Shown here piece after piece: positions 1 to 9,464 of a DNA stretch of 64,000 bases. The translations under genes and the position numbers were made by a program. The notes under the pieces are model-generated. The model was given only the letters and a program-made list of their open reading frames with translations, searched no databases and was not told the origin of the DNA. Within the stretch, counting starts at the first letter, position 1, and every line of letters begins with the position of its first letter. Origin of the DNA: Actinomycetota bacterium (GTDB taxonomy: Bacteria > Actinomycetota > Acidimicrobiia > IMCC26256 > PALSA-610); contig PLBO01000103.1 in assembly GCA_003134555.1 (NCBI GenBank), forward strand, positions 19,251 through 83,250. The letters are read 5' to 3'.

Positions 1-1414
1 CGAGCACGGTACCGACGCGACCGATCATGCCCGGGCTGTCGTCGTTGTGCACGACGAGCATGTGTCGCGCCGGCGGCAGATCGACCTGGTGGCCGTCGAT
101 CGCCACGATGCGCGGCGCCTGGTGCTTGCCGAACAACGTTGCCGCGACGTGCGTGCCCTGATCGCCGCGAACCACGATGAGATTGACGTAGTCGCGCGCG
201 TCGGACGACTTCGTCTCGCGCACCGAGATGCCGCGTTGCTCCGCGATCTGCGGCGCGTTGACGAACGACACCGGCTCGGTGACGACGGGAGCGAGCACAC
301 CCTTCAACACCGACAGGGTGAGCACGCGGCAGTCGTAGTCGGCAATCTCGCCTTCGTACTCGATATTGAGCGTCGAGGGCGCGCCTCCGGCGAGGCCGGT
401 GAACAGGCGCCCGACCCGCTCGGCCAGCGGCAGGAAGGGGCGCACGCTCTCGGACGCCTCGGACGCAGCGACGTTGACCGCGAACGGCACGAAGTCGCCG
501 CGTAACGCGAGGATCACCTGCTCCGCGATCGTCTCGCCCGCCTTGTCCTGCGCCTCGGCGGTCGACGCACCCAGGTGCGGCGTGACGACGACGTTGTCCA
601 ACGCGAACAACGGCGACTCGGTGGTCGGCTCCTTGGTGAAGGTGTCGATCGCGGCGCCGCCGAGTCGCCCGTCGGCGATCGCAGCTGCCAGCGCGTCCTC
701 GTCGACGATGCCGCCGCGGCCCGCGTTGACGAGACGCAGGCCGGGTTTGGCGTGGGCGAGCACCGACGCATTGACGAGCCCGACCGTGTCGGGAGTCTTC
801 GTGGCGTGAATGGAGACGAAGTCGCAGATCTCCATCAGCTCCTCGACCGTGGAAACGAGCGCGACGCCGAGCTGGCGCGCCCGGTCGGCGCTGACGAACG
901 GGTCGTACGCGACGAGCCGCATCCCGAACGAATGCGCGCGTTGCGCGACCAGCACGCCGACGCGCCCGAGGCCGACGATGCCGAGCGTCTTGCCGTGCAG
1001 CTCGACGCCTTCCCATTTCGAACGGTTCCAGGCGCCGGCCTTCAAGTCGGCGTTGGCCTGGGGAACGTTGCGCGCCTGCGCGAGCAGCAACGCGAGCGTG
1101 TGCTCGGCGGCCGACAAGACGTTCGACTGGGGCGCGTTGACGACCATTACGCCTCGCCGCGTCGCCTCGGCGACGTCGACGTTGTCGAGCCCGATACCGG
1201 CCCGCCCGACGACGACCAGATCAGCCGCCGCCTCGAGCACGTCGGCCGTGACCTGGGTCGCGCTGCGGATCACGAGCGCCTGCGCGCCTTTCACGGCTTC
1301 GAGCAGCGCCTCGGGGGAGAGGCCGGTCTGCACGTCGACGTCGAGCCCGGCCGTACGCATGGCGACGAGCCCGCGCTCGGCGAGAGGTTCGGAGACGAGA
1401 ACACGCGCTGCCAT
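1..1414 (-). CDS. serA: D-3-phosphoglycerate dehydrogenase; gene starts at 1414 and its 3' end runs off the left edge
   Basis: Absent from the ORF track because there is no stop inside the window. Manual translation from ATG 1414 gives MAARVLVSEPLAERGLVAMRTAGLDVDVQTG... It has the Rossmann segment LHGKTLGIVGLGRVGVLVAQRA and an ACT-domain-like end ...MLVVHNDDSPGMIGRVGTVL at the window edge. Confidence 0.85.
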   Translation of the reverse strand, partial: MAARVLVSEPLAERGLVAMRTAGLDVDVQTGLSPEALLEAVKGAQALVIRSATQVTADVLEAAADLVVVGRAGIGLDNVDVAEATRRGVMVVNAPQSNVLSAAEHTLALLLAQARNVPQANADLKAGAWNRSKWEGVELHGKTLGIVGLGRVGVLVAQRAHSFGMRLVAYDPFVSADRARQLGVALVSTVEELMEICDFVSIHATKTPDTVGLVNASVLAHAKPGLRLVNAGRGGIVDEDALAAAIADGRLGGAAIDTFTKEPTTESPLFALDNVVVTPHLGASTAEAQDKAGETIAEQVILALRGDFVPFAVNVAASEASESVRPFLPLAERVGRLFTGLAGGAPSTLNIEYEGEIADYDCRVLTLSVLKGVLAPVVTEPVSFVNAPQIAEQRGISVRETKSSDARDYVNLIVVRGDQGTHVAATLFGKHQAPRIVAIDGHQVDLPPARHMLVVHNDDSPGMIGRVGTVL

Positions 1415-1432
1415 CGCCCCGAGGGTAGACGC

Positions 1433-2635
1433 CTACGAGAGCAGGTCGGCGATCCGGCGCACCCCTTCACCGAGATCGTCGTCGCCGAGCGCGAACGACA
1501 ACCGGGCGTAGCCCGGCGCGCCGAACGCCTCGCCGGGAACGACCGCGACCTTCGCGACGTCGAGCAACAGTTCGCTGAGGTCGAGGGTCGTCTTCGGAGT
1601 ACGGCCCGCGATCTCGCGGCCGAGCACGCCTTCGAAGGAGGGGAAGCAATAGAACGCGCCCTGCGGCGCCGGCACGCTCACACCGTCGATCTTCGACAAG
1701 AGCTCGTACATCGTCCGCCCGCGCCGCGCGAACGCCTCGCGCATCTCGGCCACGGCCGACAGGTCGCCGCTCACCGCGGCGAGCGCGGCCGCCTGTGCGA
1801 CGTTCGAGACGTTCGAAGTCGATTGCGATTGCAGGTTGATCGCCGCTGCGGTCACGTCGTCCGGCCCGATCATCCATCCCACGCGCCAGCCGGTCATCGC
1901 ATAGGTCTTCGCGACGCCGTTCAGGATCACGCAACGATCCATGAGCTCGGGCACGAGACCCGGCATCGACGAGAACACGTGGCCGTCGTAGGTGAGGTGC
2001 TCGTAGATCTCGTCGGTGACGACCCAGATGCCACGATCGAGCGCCCACCGGCCGATGGCCTCGACCTCCTCGGGCGGATAGACCACGCCCGTCGGGTTGC
2101 TCGGCGAGACGAACAACAGCACCTTGGTGCGCGGCGTCCACGCCGCGTCGAGCTGGTCGACGGTGACGCGGAACCCGCCGGCCTCGGAGGTCGGTAGCAC
2201 GACCGGTACGCCTCCTCCGAGGGTGATCACCTCGGGGTACGACGTCCAGTACGGCGCGGGCACCAGCACCTCGTCGCCTTCGTTGCACAGCACCTGGAAC
2301 GTGTTGTAGACGGCGTGCTTCCCACCGTTCGTGACGACGACCTGCGCGCCGGAGCAGTCGACTCCGGAGTCGCGCTTGGTCTTGACCGCGATCGCCTCGC
2401 GCAGCTCGGGCAGACCCGGTGTCGGCGAATAGTGGTGGTAGCGCGGCTCGCGGCACGCCGCGATCGCGGCCTCGACGACGTTTGCGGGAGTCGGAAAGTC
2501 GGGCTCGCCGGCCCCGAAGCCGATGACGTTCTCACCCGCGGCCTTCAGCGCCTTGGCCTTGGCATCGACGGCGAGGGTCGCGGATTCCTGGATGGCGGCG
2601 ATACGAGCCGAGATTCGAGAGGGTGACCTGGCCAC
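1433..2635 (-). CDS. Class I PLP-dependent aminotransferase (aspartate/aromatic type)
   Basis: 400-aa ORF with a GTG start. Motifs [10 protein letters not shown] and the PLP-lysine segment [16 protein letters not shown]. Its stop lies 18 nt before the serA start on the same strand. Confidence 0.9.
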   Translation of the reverse strand: MARSPSRISARIAAIQESATLAVDAKAKALKAAGENVIGFGAGEPDFPTPANVVEAAIAACREPRYHHYSPTPGLPELREAIAVKTKRDSGVDCSGAQVVVTNGGKHAVYNTFQVLCNEGDEVLVPAPYWTSYPEVITLGGGVPVVLPTSEAGGFRVTVDQLDAAWTPRTKVLLFVSPSNPTGVVYPPEEVEAIGRWALDRGIWVVTDEIYEHLTYDGHVFSSMPGLVPELMDRCVILNGVAKTYAMTGWRVGWMIGPDDVTAAAINLQSQSTSNVSNVAQAAALAAVSGDLSAVAEMREAFARRGRTMYELLSKIDGVSVPAPQGAFYCFPSFEGVLGREIAGRTPKTTLDLSELLLDVAKVAVVPGEAFGAPGYARLSFALGDDDLGEGVRRIADLLS

Positions 2636-2727
2636 GGACCCATGGTGGCACGTCGGCGCGCCCGGACCCGAGCCGTTTCGGCCGCGAGCCTTCGCCCGGG
2701 AAGGGGTTCCGCCTAGCCTGGACGCCC

Positions 2728-4077
2728 ATGCGCCGCCCTTGCCGCTTCGCCGCGTTCGGCGCGGCGACGGTTGTCGTCGGGATGATCACCGCCACGACGA
2801 TCAGTCCGATGCTCACGGGCACCGCGGCGGCCGCGGGCCTCCCGTCGCCCAAGGCCGACATCGTCGTCGACGCCGGAACCGGGCGAATCCTGATCGGCGA
2901 CCAGATCCACCAGGCGATACATCCCGCGAGCACCGCGAAGATCATGACCGCGCTCACCGCGGTCGAGCGCCTGTGCCCGGGCGCGAAGGTGACGGCCAAC
3001 GCGCGAGACGCGAGCGTCGAGACGATGCGGATAGGGCTCCCGGTAGGCCAGCCGTGGCCGATCGAGCAGATCATGCCGTCGATGATGATGGTCTCCGCGA
3101 ACGACGCGGCGTATGCGGTCGCCGAGAGCATCGGCGGCAGCCTCGACGGGTTCGCGACCAATATGGCCGCGACCGCACGCCAGATCGGCCTGCGTGACAG
3201 CACCCTCGGCGATCCCGCCGGGCTCGACGACAACACGTCGTACAAGGGCGGCCCGTACATGAGCGCGTACGACCTCGCGGTCGCGACGCGCAACGCGCTC
3301 GCGGTGCCGGAGATCGCGAAGTGGGCCGCCATGCACGAGTACTCGTTCGTGGATCCGGCGGGCGTCCAACATCATCTGGTCAACCACAACAGGATGCTGC
3401 CGGGTGGGGGTTACGACTACCCGGGAGCGATCGGCTTCAAGACCGGTTTCACCAACCGTTCGCAACACGCGCTGGTAGCCGCGGCGACCCGCAACGGACG
3501 CACGCTGATCGTGGTCATCCTCGGTGCGCCCGACGCTGGCTACGTCGAGGCCGCGTCGCTGCTCGACGCGGGCTTCGCGACCCCACCCGACGCGCGCGGA
3601 ACGGGCCAGACCCTGCCGACCGTCGCCATCTCGCGGTGCGCGGCGCGCGCCGCCGATCAGGCCGCGTTCGCGAAGCTCGGCCTGTCGAACAACCCGGCCA
3701 CACAGACCGCCGTGACCGTTCCGGACGTCATCCCCGTCCTCAACTCGCCGCCGCTCGCGGCCACCGCGAGCACACACCCGCGGGCCACCTCGCCGAGCGC
3801 CAAGCATCACTCTCCGGGTCTCCTGCGCCCGCGCAACCTCATCATCGTGTTGTTGCTCTTGTCGGCGATCTTGATCGCCTTCCGACGGCGCGCGGTGAAG
3901 CGGCAACGGATGGTGCGGCTCGCGCGGCGCCGGCAACGCAACAGCGCGATGCGCAGCGGCGGCTTGCCGGTCGTCGACGGCCGCTATCGCACGGGAACTC
4001 GCATCGGTCCGCCGGTCGATTCACACGTCCGGGTGCGTCCGGTGCAGCGGTCGACCGGTCGGCGCGGCACCGCCTGA
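2728..4077 (+). CDS. D-alanyl-D-alanine carboxypeptidase (S11 PBP5/6 type) with a C-terminal TM anchor and basic tail
   Basis: Motifs SxxK (STAK), SxN (SAND) and KTG (KTGFT). Signal-like N-terminus [20 protein letters not shown] from ATG 2728; the track ORF begins earlier at 2623. TM segment [15 protein letters not shown] is followed by an Arg-rich tail. Confidence 0.85.
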   Translation: MRRPCRFAAFGAATVVVGMITATTISPMLTGTAAAAGLPSPKADIVVDAGTGRILIGDQIHQAIHPASTAKIMTALTAVERLCPGAKVTANARDASVETMRIGLPVGQPWPIEQIMPSMMMVSANDAAYAVAESIGGSLDGFATNMAATARQIGLRDSTLGDPAGLDDNTSYKGGPYMSAYDLAVATRNALAVPEIAKWAAMHEYSFVDPAGVQHHLVNHNRMLPGGGYDYPGAIGFKTGFTNRSQHALVAAATRNGRTLIVVILGAPDAGYVEAASLLDAGFATPPDARGTGQTLPTVAISRCAARAADQAAFAKLGLSNNPATQTAVTVPDVIPVLNSPPLAATASTHPRATSPSAKHHSPGLLRPRNLIIVLLLLSAILIAFRRRAVKRQRMVRLARRRQRNSAMRSGGLPVVDGRYRTGTRIGPPVDSHVRVRPVQRSTGRRGTA

Positions 4078-4110
4078 TTCGACGCGTCTCGCGCGACAGA
4101 GCGTCGGGCC

Positions 4111-4914
4111 CTACCAGGGCATCGACACGCCGCCGTTGGGGCGTTCGATCTGACCGGTAATGAACGCGGCCGCTTCGGAGACGAGGTACAAGAAGGCGCG
4201 GGCGACGTCCTCGGCCTCACCGGCGCGCCCCAGGGGCGCCATCGCTCCGGCGCGCTTGTGATATTGCTCGAGCTTCTCGGGCACGACGTTGCCGTCGGCG
4301 TCGGTGAAGTTATGCCGCGAGAAGTTCGTGAGGATCATGCCCGGCGCGATCGCGTTCACGCGGATGCCGTTGCGACCGACCTCGGTCGCGAGCGTCTTGG
4401 TGAGCATCGCAACCGCGGCCTTCGTCATGCCGTAGCACGCGAGCGTCGGCGCGGGCGTGTCGATCGCACCCGACGAGATGTTGACGATGTTGCCGGAGCC
4501 CTGCGGGATCATGTGACGGATCGCCGCCTGGCAGCCGTAGAAGACGCTCTTGAGATTGATCGACAGGATCCGTTCGAACTCTTCGTCGGTGCAGTCGGCG
4601 ACCATCTTGTTGTGCGGGATGCCGGCGATGTTTCCCATGATGTCGACGCGACCGAACTCGGACTGGGCGCGGTCGACGAGGGCGTCGACGTCGGCGCGCC
4701 GGGTGACGTCGACGCGTTGAGTCCGCGCGTTGCCGCCCTCGGCCGCGATCTCGTCGGCGGTGATCTGCGCGCCGGCCTCGTCGATGTCGCCGCCGACGAT
4801 CGTCGCGCCGGCCGCCGAGAGCATCTGCGCCGACGCCTTGCCGATCCCGCTCGCGACGCCGGTCAGCACCGCGACCTGGCCCGACAAGTCGAACAGATCC
4901 TGCACGCGTGTCAC
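4111..4914 (-). CDS. Short-chain dehydrogenase/reductase (SDR)
   Basis: Motifs LTGVASGIGKA (TGxxxGxG) and YGMTK (YxxxK). Start placed at GTG 4914, preceded by GAAAGG. The Arg-rich 36-aa extension in the track ORF is unlikely to be real. Confidence 0.85.
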   Translation of the reverse strand: MTRVQDLFDLSGQVAVLTGVASGIGKASAQMLSAAGATIVGGDIDEAGAQITADEIAAEGGNARTQRVDVTRRADVDALVDRAQSEFGRVDIMGNIAGIPHNKMVADCTDEEFERILSINLKSVFYGCQAAIRHMIPQGSGNIVNISSGAIDTPAPTLACYGMTKAAVAMLTKTLATEVGRNGIRVNAIAPGMILTNFSRHNFTDADGNVVPEKLEQYHKRAGAMAPLGRAGEAEDVARAFLYLVSEAAAFITGQIERPNGGVSMPW

Positions 4915-5025
4915 GAGAACCCTTTCGATCGTTCCGGCGAGAACCGGTCGGAGCCTACGCAACCGGCTCGAGACCCTGCCCACACGGTGGCCGGTGCGCC
5001 GCCCGCACAACGAATCGCCCACAAT

Positions 5026-5050
5026 GTGCAGGTGAACCGGGTGCAGGTGA
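5026..5050 (+). repeat. Tandem 15-bp direct repeat GTGCAGGTGA(A/T)C(C/G)GG x2 just upstream of the ccdA start
   Basis: GTGCAGGTGA occurs at 5026-5035 and 5041-5050. The repeat ends 11 nt before GTG 5061. Confidence 0.6.
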
Positions 5051-5060
5051 TCGGGAATCC

Positions 5061-5849
5061 GTGACGGTGCTCCTCGCGCTCGGCACTCGCATCAGCGACG
5101 TCAACGTGCTCGCGTATCTCGCCGCGTTCGGCGGCGGCGTGGTGTCGTTCCTCTCGCCGTGCGTCCTGCCCCTCGTTCCCGGCTATCTCTCCATGGTGAC
5201 CGGTCTCGACCTGGTCGAGCTCGAAGATCAGCCACGGGTGCACGCTCGGCGCATCGTCACCACGACCGCGGTGTTCGTCGCCGGGTTCGGCGCCGTGTTC
5301 GTCGCGTGGGGATTGTCGGCCACCGCGCTCAGCGGGCTGTTGCGGGATCACCAGAGCATCCTCACGCGCCTTTCCGGCACGCTCATGCTCGCGATGGCCC
5401 TGTTCCTTCTCGGCTCGCTGTTCCTGCGCGCGCCGTGGCTGTATCAGGAGAAACGATTTCATCCTCGACTCGGACGCTTCGGCATCGCCGCGCCGGCGGT
5501 CGCAGGTGTGGCCTTCGGTTTCGGCTGGTCGCCGTGCATCGGCCCCATCCTCGGTTCGATACTCGGCATCGCCGCCAACCAGCACCGGGTCTGGGCGGGC
5601 GGAACGCTGCTCGCCGTCTATTCGCTCGGCCTCGGACTGCCGTTCCTGCTCACCGGCCTGCTCCTCGGCCGGCTCGGCGGCGCGCTCGGCTGGGTCAAGC
5701 GCCACTTCGTGTTCATCGTCGGCGGCTCCGCGGTGGTCATCGGCGCCTTCGGTCTGCTGCTGATGTTCGACGAGCTCTCGCGCTTGAGCGTGAACCTGCA
5801 GACGTGGCTCACCGACGCGCACCTCAAATGGTTGGTCGAGCTCGGCTAG
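5061..5849 (+). CDS. ccdA: Cytochrome c biogenesis / thiol-disulfide transporter CcdA (DsbD family)
   Basis: Polytopic membrane protein with the two conserved Cys segments FLSPCVLPLVPGYL and GWSPCIGPILG. Start set at GTG 5061 (VTVLLALG...); the track ORF starts at 4908. Confidence 0.85.
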   Translation: MTVLLALGTRISDVNVLAYLAAFGGGVVSFLSPCVLPLVPGYLSMVTGLDLVELEDQPRVHARRIVTTTAVFVAGFGAVFVAWGLSATALSGLLRDHQSILTRLSGTLMLAMALFLLGSLFLRAPWLYQEKRFHPRLGRFGIAAPAVAGVAFGFGWSPCIGPILGSILGIAANQHRVWAGGTLLAVYSLGLGLPFLLTGLLLGRLGGALGWVKRHFVFIVGGSAVVIGAFGLLLMFDELSRLSVNLQTWLTDAHLKWLVELG

Positions 5850-5865
5850 CTCTCGTTGCCACGCG

Positions 5866-6384
5866 TCAACCCTCTTGTGGCGCGCTCTCCGGCACTTCCA
5901 TCAGTGGTTGGCGAATCAGCTCGACCTGGATCCCGTCGGGATCCTTGAAGTACACCGACTCCTTGATCCCGCGGTCGGGTCCGATGTACGCGACGCCCGC
6001 GTCGTCGAGCCTGCTCTTCAGCTTCTCGAAGGTTTCGGGCGTCACCGAGATGGCGACGTGCTGCACACCGCCGAGTCCTTCGGGCACGGGCTCGAGACCC
6101 AGGCCGGGAAAGTCGAAGAACGCGAGCATGTTGCCCGCGCCGATGTCGAAGAAGAAGTGGGACGAGCCTTCGTAGTCGCGGTTCTCGAACAGCTCGACCA
6201 GCGGGAAACCGAGCACGTCCTGGTAGAAGGCAATCGTGCGTTCGGGATCGGCACAGATCAATGCGAGGTGATGCACGCCGCCACCGTTCGACGCCTCACG
6301 TTTCTCCGCGGGACGCAGGTAACGTGCGCGCAGCTCCGCGCGCCGCTCCGCCAGGGCCGTCAGGTCGCGTTCGAGAGTCGCCAT
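5866..6384 (-). CDS. VOC/glyoxalase-family protein
   Basis: C-terminal 172 aa of the 491-aa track ORF: MATLERDL...GVHHLALICADPERTIAFYQDVLGFPLVE...GGVQHVAISV. The upstream part of that ORF is antisense to the LLM gene. Confidence 0.8.
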   Translation of the reverse strand: MATLERDLTALAERRAELRARYLRPAEKREASNGGGVHHLALICADPERTIAFYQDVLGFPLVELFENRDYEGSSHFFFDIGAGNMLAFFDFPGLGLEPVPEGLGGVQHVAISVTPETFEKLKSRLDDAGVAYIGPDRGIKESVYFKDPDGIQVELIRQPLMEVPESAPQEG

Positions 6385-6462
6385 GCGTTCATCATCGCGC
6401 GAGGCTCCACCTATGAGAACCGTGCGAACGCAGCGGAGCCAGGTTGGCGCAGCGAGGGAACC

Positions 6463-7371
6463 ATGAATATCGGCGTGTCGTTGCGGAGTGGATACGCGCC
6501 GATGGATGCGCGCCTCGGCGCCCGCTGGATGGTCGAGAGGGCGAAAGCTGCCGCCGAGGCGGGCCTCGACAGCCTCTTCGTCGGCGATCACCACAACGTC
6601 CCGGTGCCCTACTACCAGAACGTCCCCGTCCTCGGTCGCCTGCTCGCGGAGTGGGACGACCGCCCGGCTGGGGCGTTGTTCCTCTTGCCGTTGTGGCATC
6701 CGGTGCTGCTCGCGGAACAGATCGGCACCCTGGCCGCGATCGCCGAGGGCCCGTTCATCATGCAGTGCGCGGTTGGCGCGGGCGAGGAGCAGTTCCGCGT
6801 GTTCGGCACGTCCTTGCGGGAGCGGGCGACGCGCTTCGAGGCCGCGCTCGACATCGTGCGTGCGCTGTGCCGGGGCGAGTCGGTCACGGTCGTCGACGCA
6901 CCGTGGACGATCGACCGGGCCCACATCTCGCCGATCCCCCCGGAGCCGCTCGAGGTCTGGATCGGCGCCGCGTCTCCGCGCGCCATCGATCGCGCCGCCC
7001 GTCTCGGTGACGCCTTCCTGATCGGCCCGGAAGCGACACCGACCGAGGTGACGTCGCTCGTTCAGAGCTACCGGGAGGCGTGCGCGCGTCACGGCCGCGA
7101 GCCAACCCGAATCGCGGTGCGCCGCGACATGCACGTCGCCGCCACCGACGAAGAGGCGGCCGCCGTCGCGGATCCGATCGTCGCACGTGGTTACCGCGGC
7201 TTCGACCCGTCGGCGGTCGTCGTGGGCGGTCCGAGCCGCGTGGCCGACGCGTTCACGGCCCTGCAGGCATCCGGCTGCACCGACGTCATCGTTCGCCACC
7301 TCGCCGACGACCAGGAGCCGGTGTTGCGGTCGTTCGAGCAACTCGCAACCGTCCGAGCCCAGCTCCGGTGA
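6463..7371 (+). CDS. Luciferase-like monooxygenase (LLM) family flavin/F420-dependent oxidoreductase
   Basis: 302 aa from ATG 6463: MNIGVSLRSG...GLDSLFVGDHH... This is a typical LLM TIM-barrel N-terminus. Confidence 0.8.
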   Translation: MNIGVSLRSGYAPMDARLGARWMVERAKAAAEAGLDSLFVGDHHNVPVPYYQNVPVLGRLLAEWDDRPAGALFLLPLWHPVLLAEQIGTLAAIAEGPFIMQCAVGAGEEQFRVFGTSLRERATRFEAALDIVRALCRGESVTVVDAPWTIDRAHISPIPPEPLEVWIGAASPRAIDRAARLGDAFLIGPEATPTEVTSLVQSYREACARHGREPTRIAVRRDMHVAATDEEAAAVADPIVARGYRGFDPSAVVVGGPSRVADAFTALQASGCTDVIVRHLADDQEPVLRSFEQLATVRAQLR

Positions 7372-7448
7372 GTCCCGAATGATCCACCCGACCCGCCGAA
7401 CGCGAGGGCAAAGGGGCGCCTGAGCGGCGCGCGCGGCAAGCTTGCACC

Positions 7449-8588
7449 GTGGAACTCCTCTGGATCGACGCTCCCGCCGACCTGGCCGAGCTCGTCCAGA
7501 CCCTCGCCGACGAGCCGCTGTACGCGCTCGACACGGAGTTCCACGGCGAGCGGTCGTACTGGCCGCACCTGGCGCTGATCCAGATCGGATGGCCCGACGG
7601 CGTCGCCCTGGTCGACCCGCTCACCGTCGACGTCGCACCCCTCGGCGAGCTCCTGGCGGGAGGCGGCTGCATGGTCGCGCACGCGGCCGATCAGGATCTG
7701 ACGATCCTCGAGCGCGCGTGTGGCTGCGCGCCGTCGAAGTTGTTCGACACGCAGGTCGCCGCGGGCTTCATCGGTATGGGAACACCCTCTTTGGCCGCGA
7801 CCGTCGAGAAGCTGCTCGGCACCCGGCTCACCAAAGGCGACCGGCTCACCGATTGGACGCGCCGTCCTCTACGCGCCGAGCAGCGCGTGTACGCGGCGGC
7901 CGACGTCGAGCATCTCCTGGCGTTGCACGACGAGCTCGTGCGGCGGCTCGAAGCGATCGGCCGGCTCGAGTGGGCAACCGACGAGTGCGAGGGGCGGCGC
8001 AAGCGCATCCGCACGCGGCCCGACCCCGAGACCGCATGGTGGCGGATCAAGGGGGCGCGGCAGCTGCGCGGCAACGGGCGCGGCGTCGCGCAGACGGTCG
8101 CGGCGTGGCGCGAACGAACGGCCGAGGTTCTCGACGTACCGTCCCGCTACGTGCTCTCCGACCTCGCCCTGGCTGGTGTCGTCCAGCGCCCTCCGCGCAA
8201 CCGCGACGACCTCACCGGCGTCCGCGGAATCGACGGGCGGTTGCGCGACAACACCGCCAAGGAGTTGCTCGACGCGATCGCGGCCGGCCTCGAGCTCGAT
8301 TCGTCGCAACTGCGGCTCCCCGAGTCCGACCGGATCGACCGGTCGCTCGCACCGGCCGTCACCGTTTTGGGCGCGTGGCTCGCACAGCGCGCGTCCGAGC
8401 TCGATCTCGATCCCGCACTGCTCGCGACCCGTGCCGAGCTCACCCAGATGTTGCAGGATCGTCCGAGCCGCCTGGCGATGGGCTGGCGAGCCGATCTGGT
8501 CGGTGAGCCGCTGCAACGACTGCTGCGCGGCGACGCCGCGCTCAGGTTGCGCGACGGCGGGCGCCGGATCGAACTGGAGGACGAGTAG
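7449..8588 (+). CDS. rnd: Ribonuclease D (DEDD 3'-5' exonuclease plus HRDC)
   Basis: Motifs LYALDTEF, HAADQDL and LFDTQVAAGF. GTG start. 379 aa. Confidence 0.85.
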   Translation: MELLWIDAPADLAELVQTLADEPLYALDTEFHGERSYWPHLALIQIGWPDGVALVDPLTVDVAPLGELLAGGGCMVAHAADQDLTILERACGCAPSKLFDTQVAAGFIGMGTPSLAATVEKLLGTRLTKGDRLTDWTRRPLRAEQRVYAAADVEHLLALHDELVRRLEAIGRLEWATDECEGRRKRIRTRPDPETAWWRIKGARQLRGNGRGVAQTVAAWRERTAEVLDVPSRYVLSDLALAGVVQRPPRNRDDLTGVRGIDGRLRDNTAKELLDAIAAGLELDSSQLRLPESDRIDRSLAPAVTVLGAWLAQRASELDLDPALLATRAELTQMLQDRPSRLAMGWRADLVGEPLQRLLRGDAALRLRDGGRRIELEDE

Positions 8589-8608
8589 TCGAAGGTAGCG
8601 TCGCACGC

Positions 8609-9370
8609 ATGGCCCGATTCAAGGTTGGCGTGCAACTCCATCCGCAAGCGACGACCGTCGAGCAATTGCGGTCGGCATGGAACGCGGCCGACGCGCTCGA
8701 GGTCGACAGCATCTGGCTCTGGGACCATTTCTATCCGCTCTACGGCGATCCTGATGCCGCGCATTTCGAGGCGTACACGTTGTTGGCCGCGATGGCGGCC
8801 GACACCCGTCATGCGCAGCTCGGCGCTCTCGTCACGTCCAACTCGTACCGCAATCCGAGCTTGCTCGCCGACATGTCACGCACGATCGACCACGTCAGCG
8901 ACGGTCGGTTCGTGCTCGGTATCGGCTCCGGTTGGTTCGACCGCGACTATCGCGAATACGGATACGAGTTCGGGACCGCACCCTCACGTTTGCGCGACCT
9001 GAGGCGCGATCTGCCGATCATCATGGACCGCCTCAGCCGCCTGGAACCGCCGCCGCGCGGCCGGCTGCCGATCCTGATCGGCGGGAGCGGCGAGAAGGTG
9101 ACATTGCGGCTCGTCGCGGAATACGCCGACGCGTGGAACACCTTCGGACCGCCCGAGAACTTCGCGCAGAAGAACCGCGTTCTCGACGATTGGTGCGCGC
9201 GCCTCGACCGCAGGCCGAGTCAGATCGAGCGCACGGTCGCCATAAATCCCACCGAGGTCGACACGTGGCCCGCGTATCTCGATGCGGGTGCAGACCACTT
9301 GATCGTGATGGTCGGACCACCTTTCGACCTCGCGCCGGTGGAACAACTCTTGCGCGCCGCCCGCGACTGA
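8609..9370 (+). CDS. LLM-class (probably F420-dependent) oxidoreductase
   Basis: 253 aa: VDSIWLWDHFYP...RFVLGIGSGW...LPILIGGSGEKVTLRLVAEYADAWN. Confidence 0.8.
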   Translation: MARFKVGVQLHPQATTVEQLRSAWNAADALEVDSIWLWDHFYPLYGDPDAAHFEAYTLLAAMAADTRHAQLGALVTSNSYRNPSLLADMSRTIDHVSDGRFVLGIGSGWFDRDYREYGYEFGTAPSRLRDLRRDLPIIMDRLSRLEPPPRGRLPILIGGSGEKVTLRLVAEYADAWNTFGPPENFAQKNRVLDDWCARLDRRPSQIERTVAINPTEVDTWPAYLDAGADHLIVMVGPPFDLAPVEQLLRAARD

Positions 9371-9464
9371 CCGACTTCTCGGCCTTCTCGCCGTTTCGCC
9401 TGCGCAATCGCGTCTCGGCCCCCGACGTCGGGATCGCCGCGTGCCGCGAGCCCCCGGCTGGAGG

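Noticed and set aside
1566-1579. 14-nt exact match (AACAGTTCGCTGAG) to repeat unit 2 inside the aminotransferase gene, and similar CCAACAGTTCGG inside the P450 at about 53448
   Set aside because: Both lie in frame within coding sequence (reverse strand ...SELLL... / ...ELLG...) and lack the flanking parts of the 44-bp unit. They are most simply chance matches generated by common Glu-Leu-Leu codons.
2636-2727. Intergenic regions of 70 nt or more (2636-2727, 4915-5060, 7372-7448, 9371-9464, 11781-11935, 16724-16797, 24960-25054) checked for tRNA, riboswitch or sRNA genes
   Set aside because: I could not find a cloverleaf-compatible sequence or recognisable riboswitch cores by eye. Covariance-model scans (Infernal/Rfam, tRNAscan-SE) would be needed to exclude them formally.
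9421-9432. Palindrome CCCGACGTCGGG between convergent genes as an intrinsic terminator
   Set aside because: As RNA it would give at most a 4-5-bp stem with a minimal loop and no U-tract. It is too weak to call.
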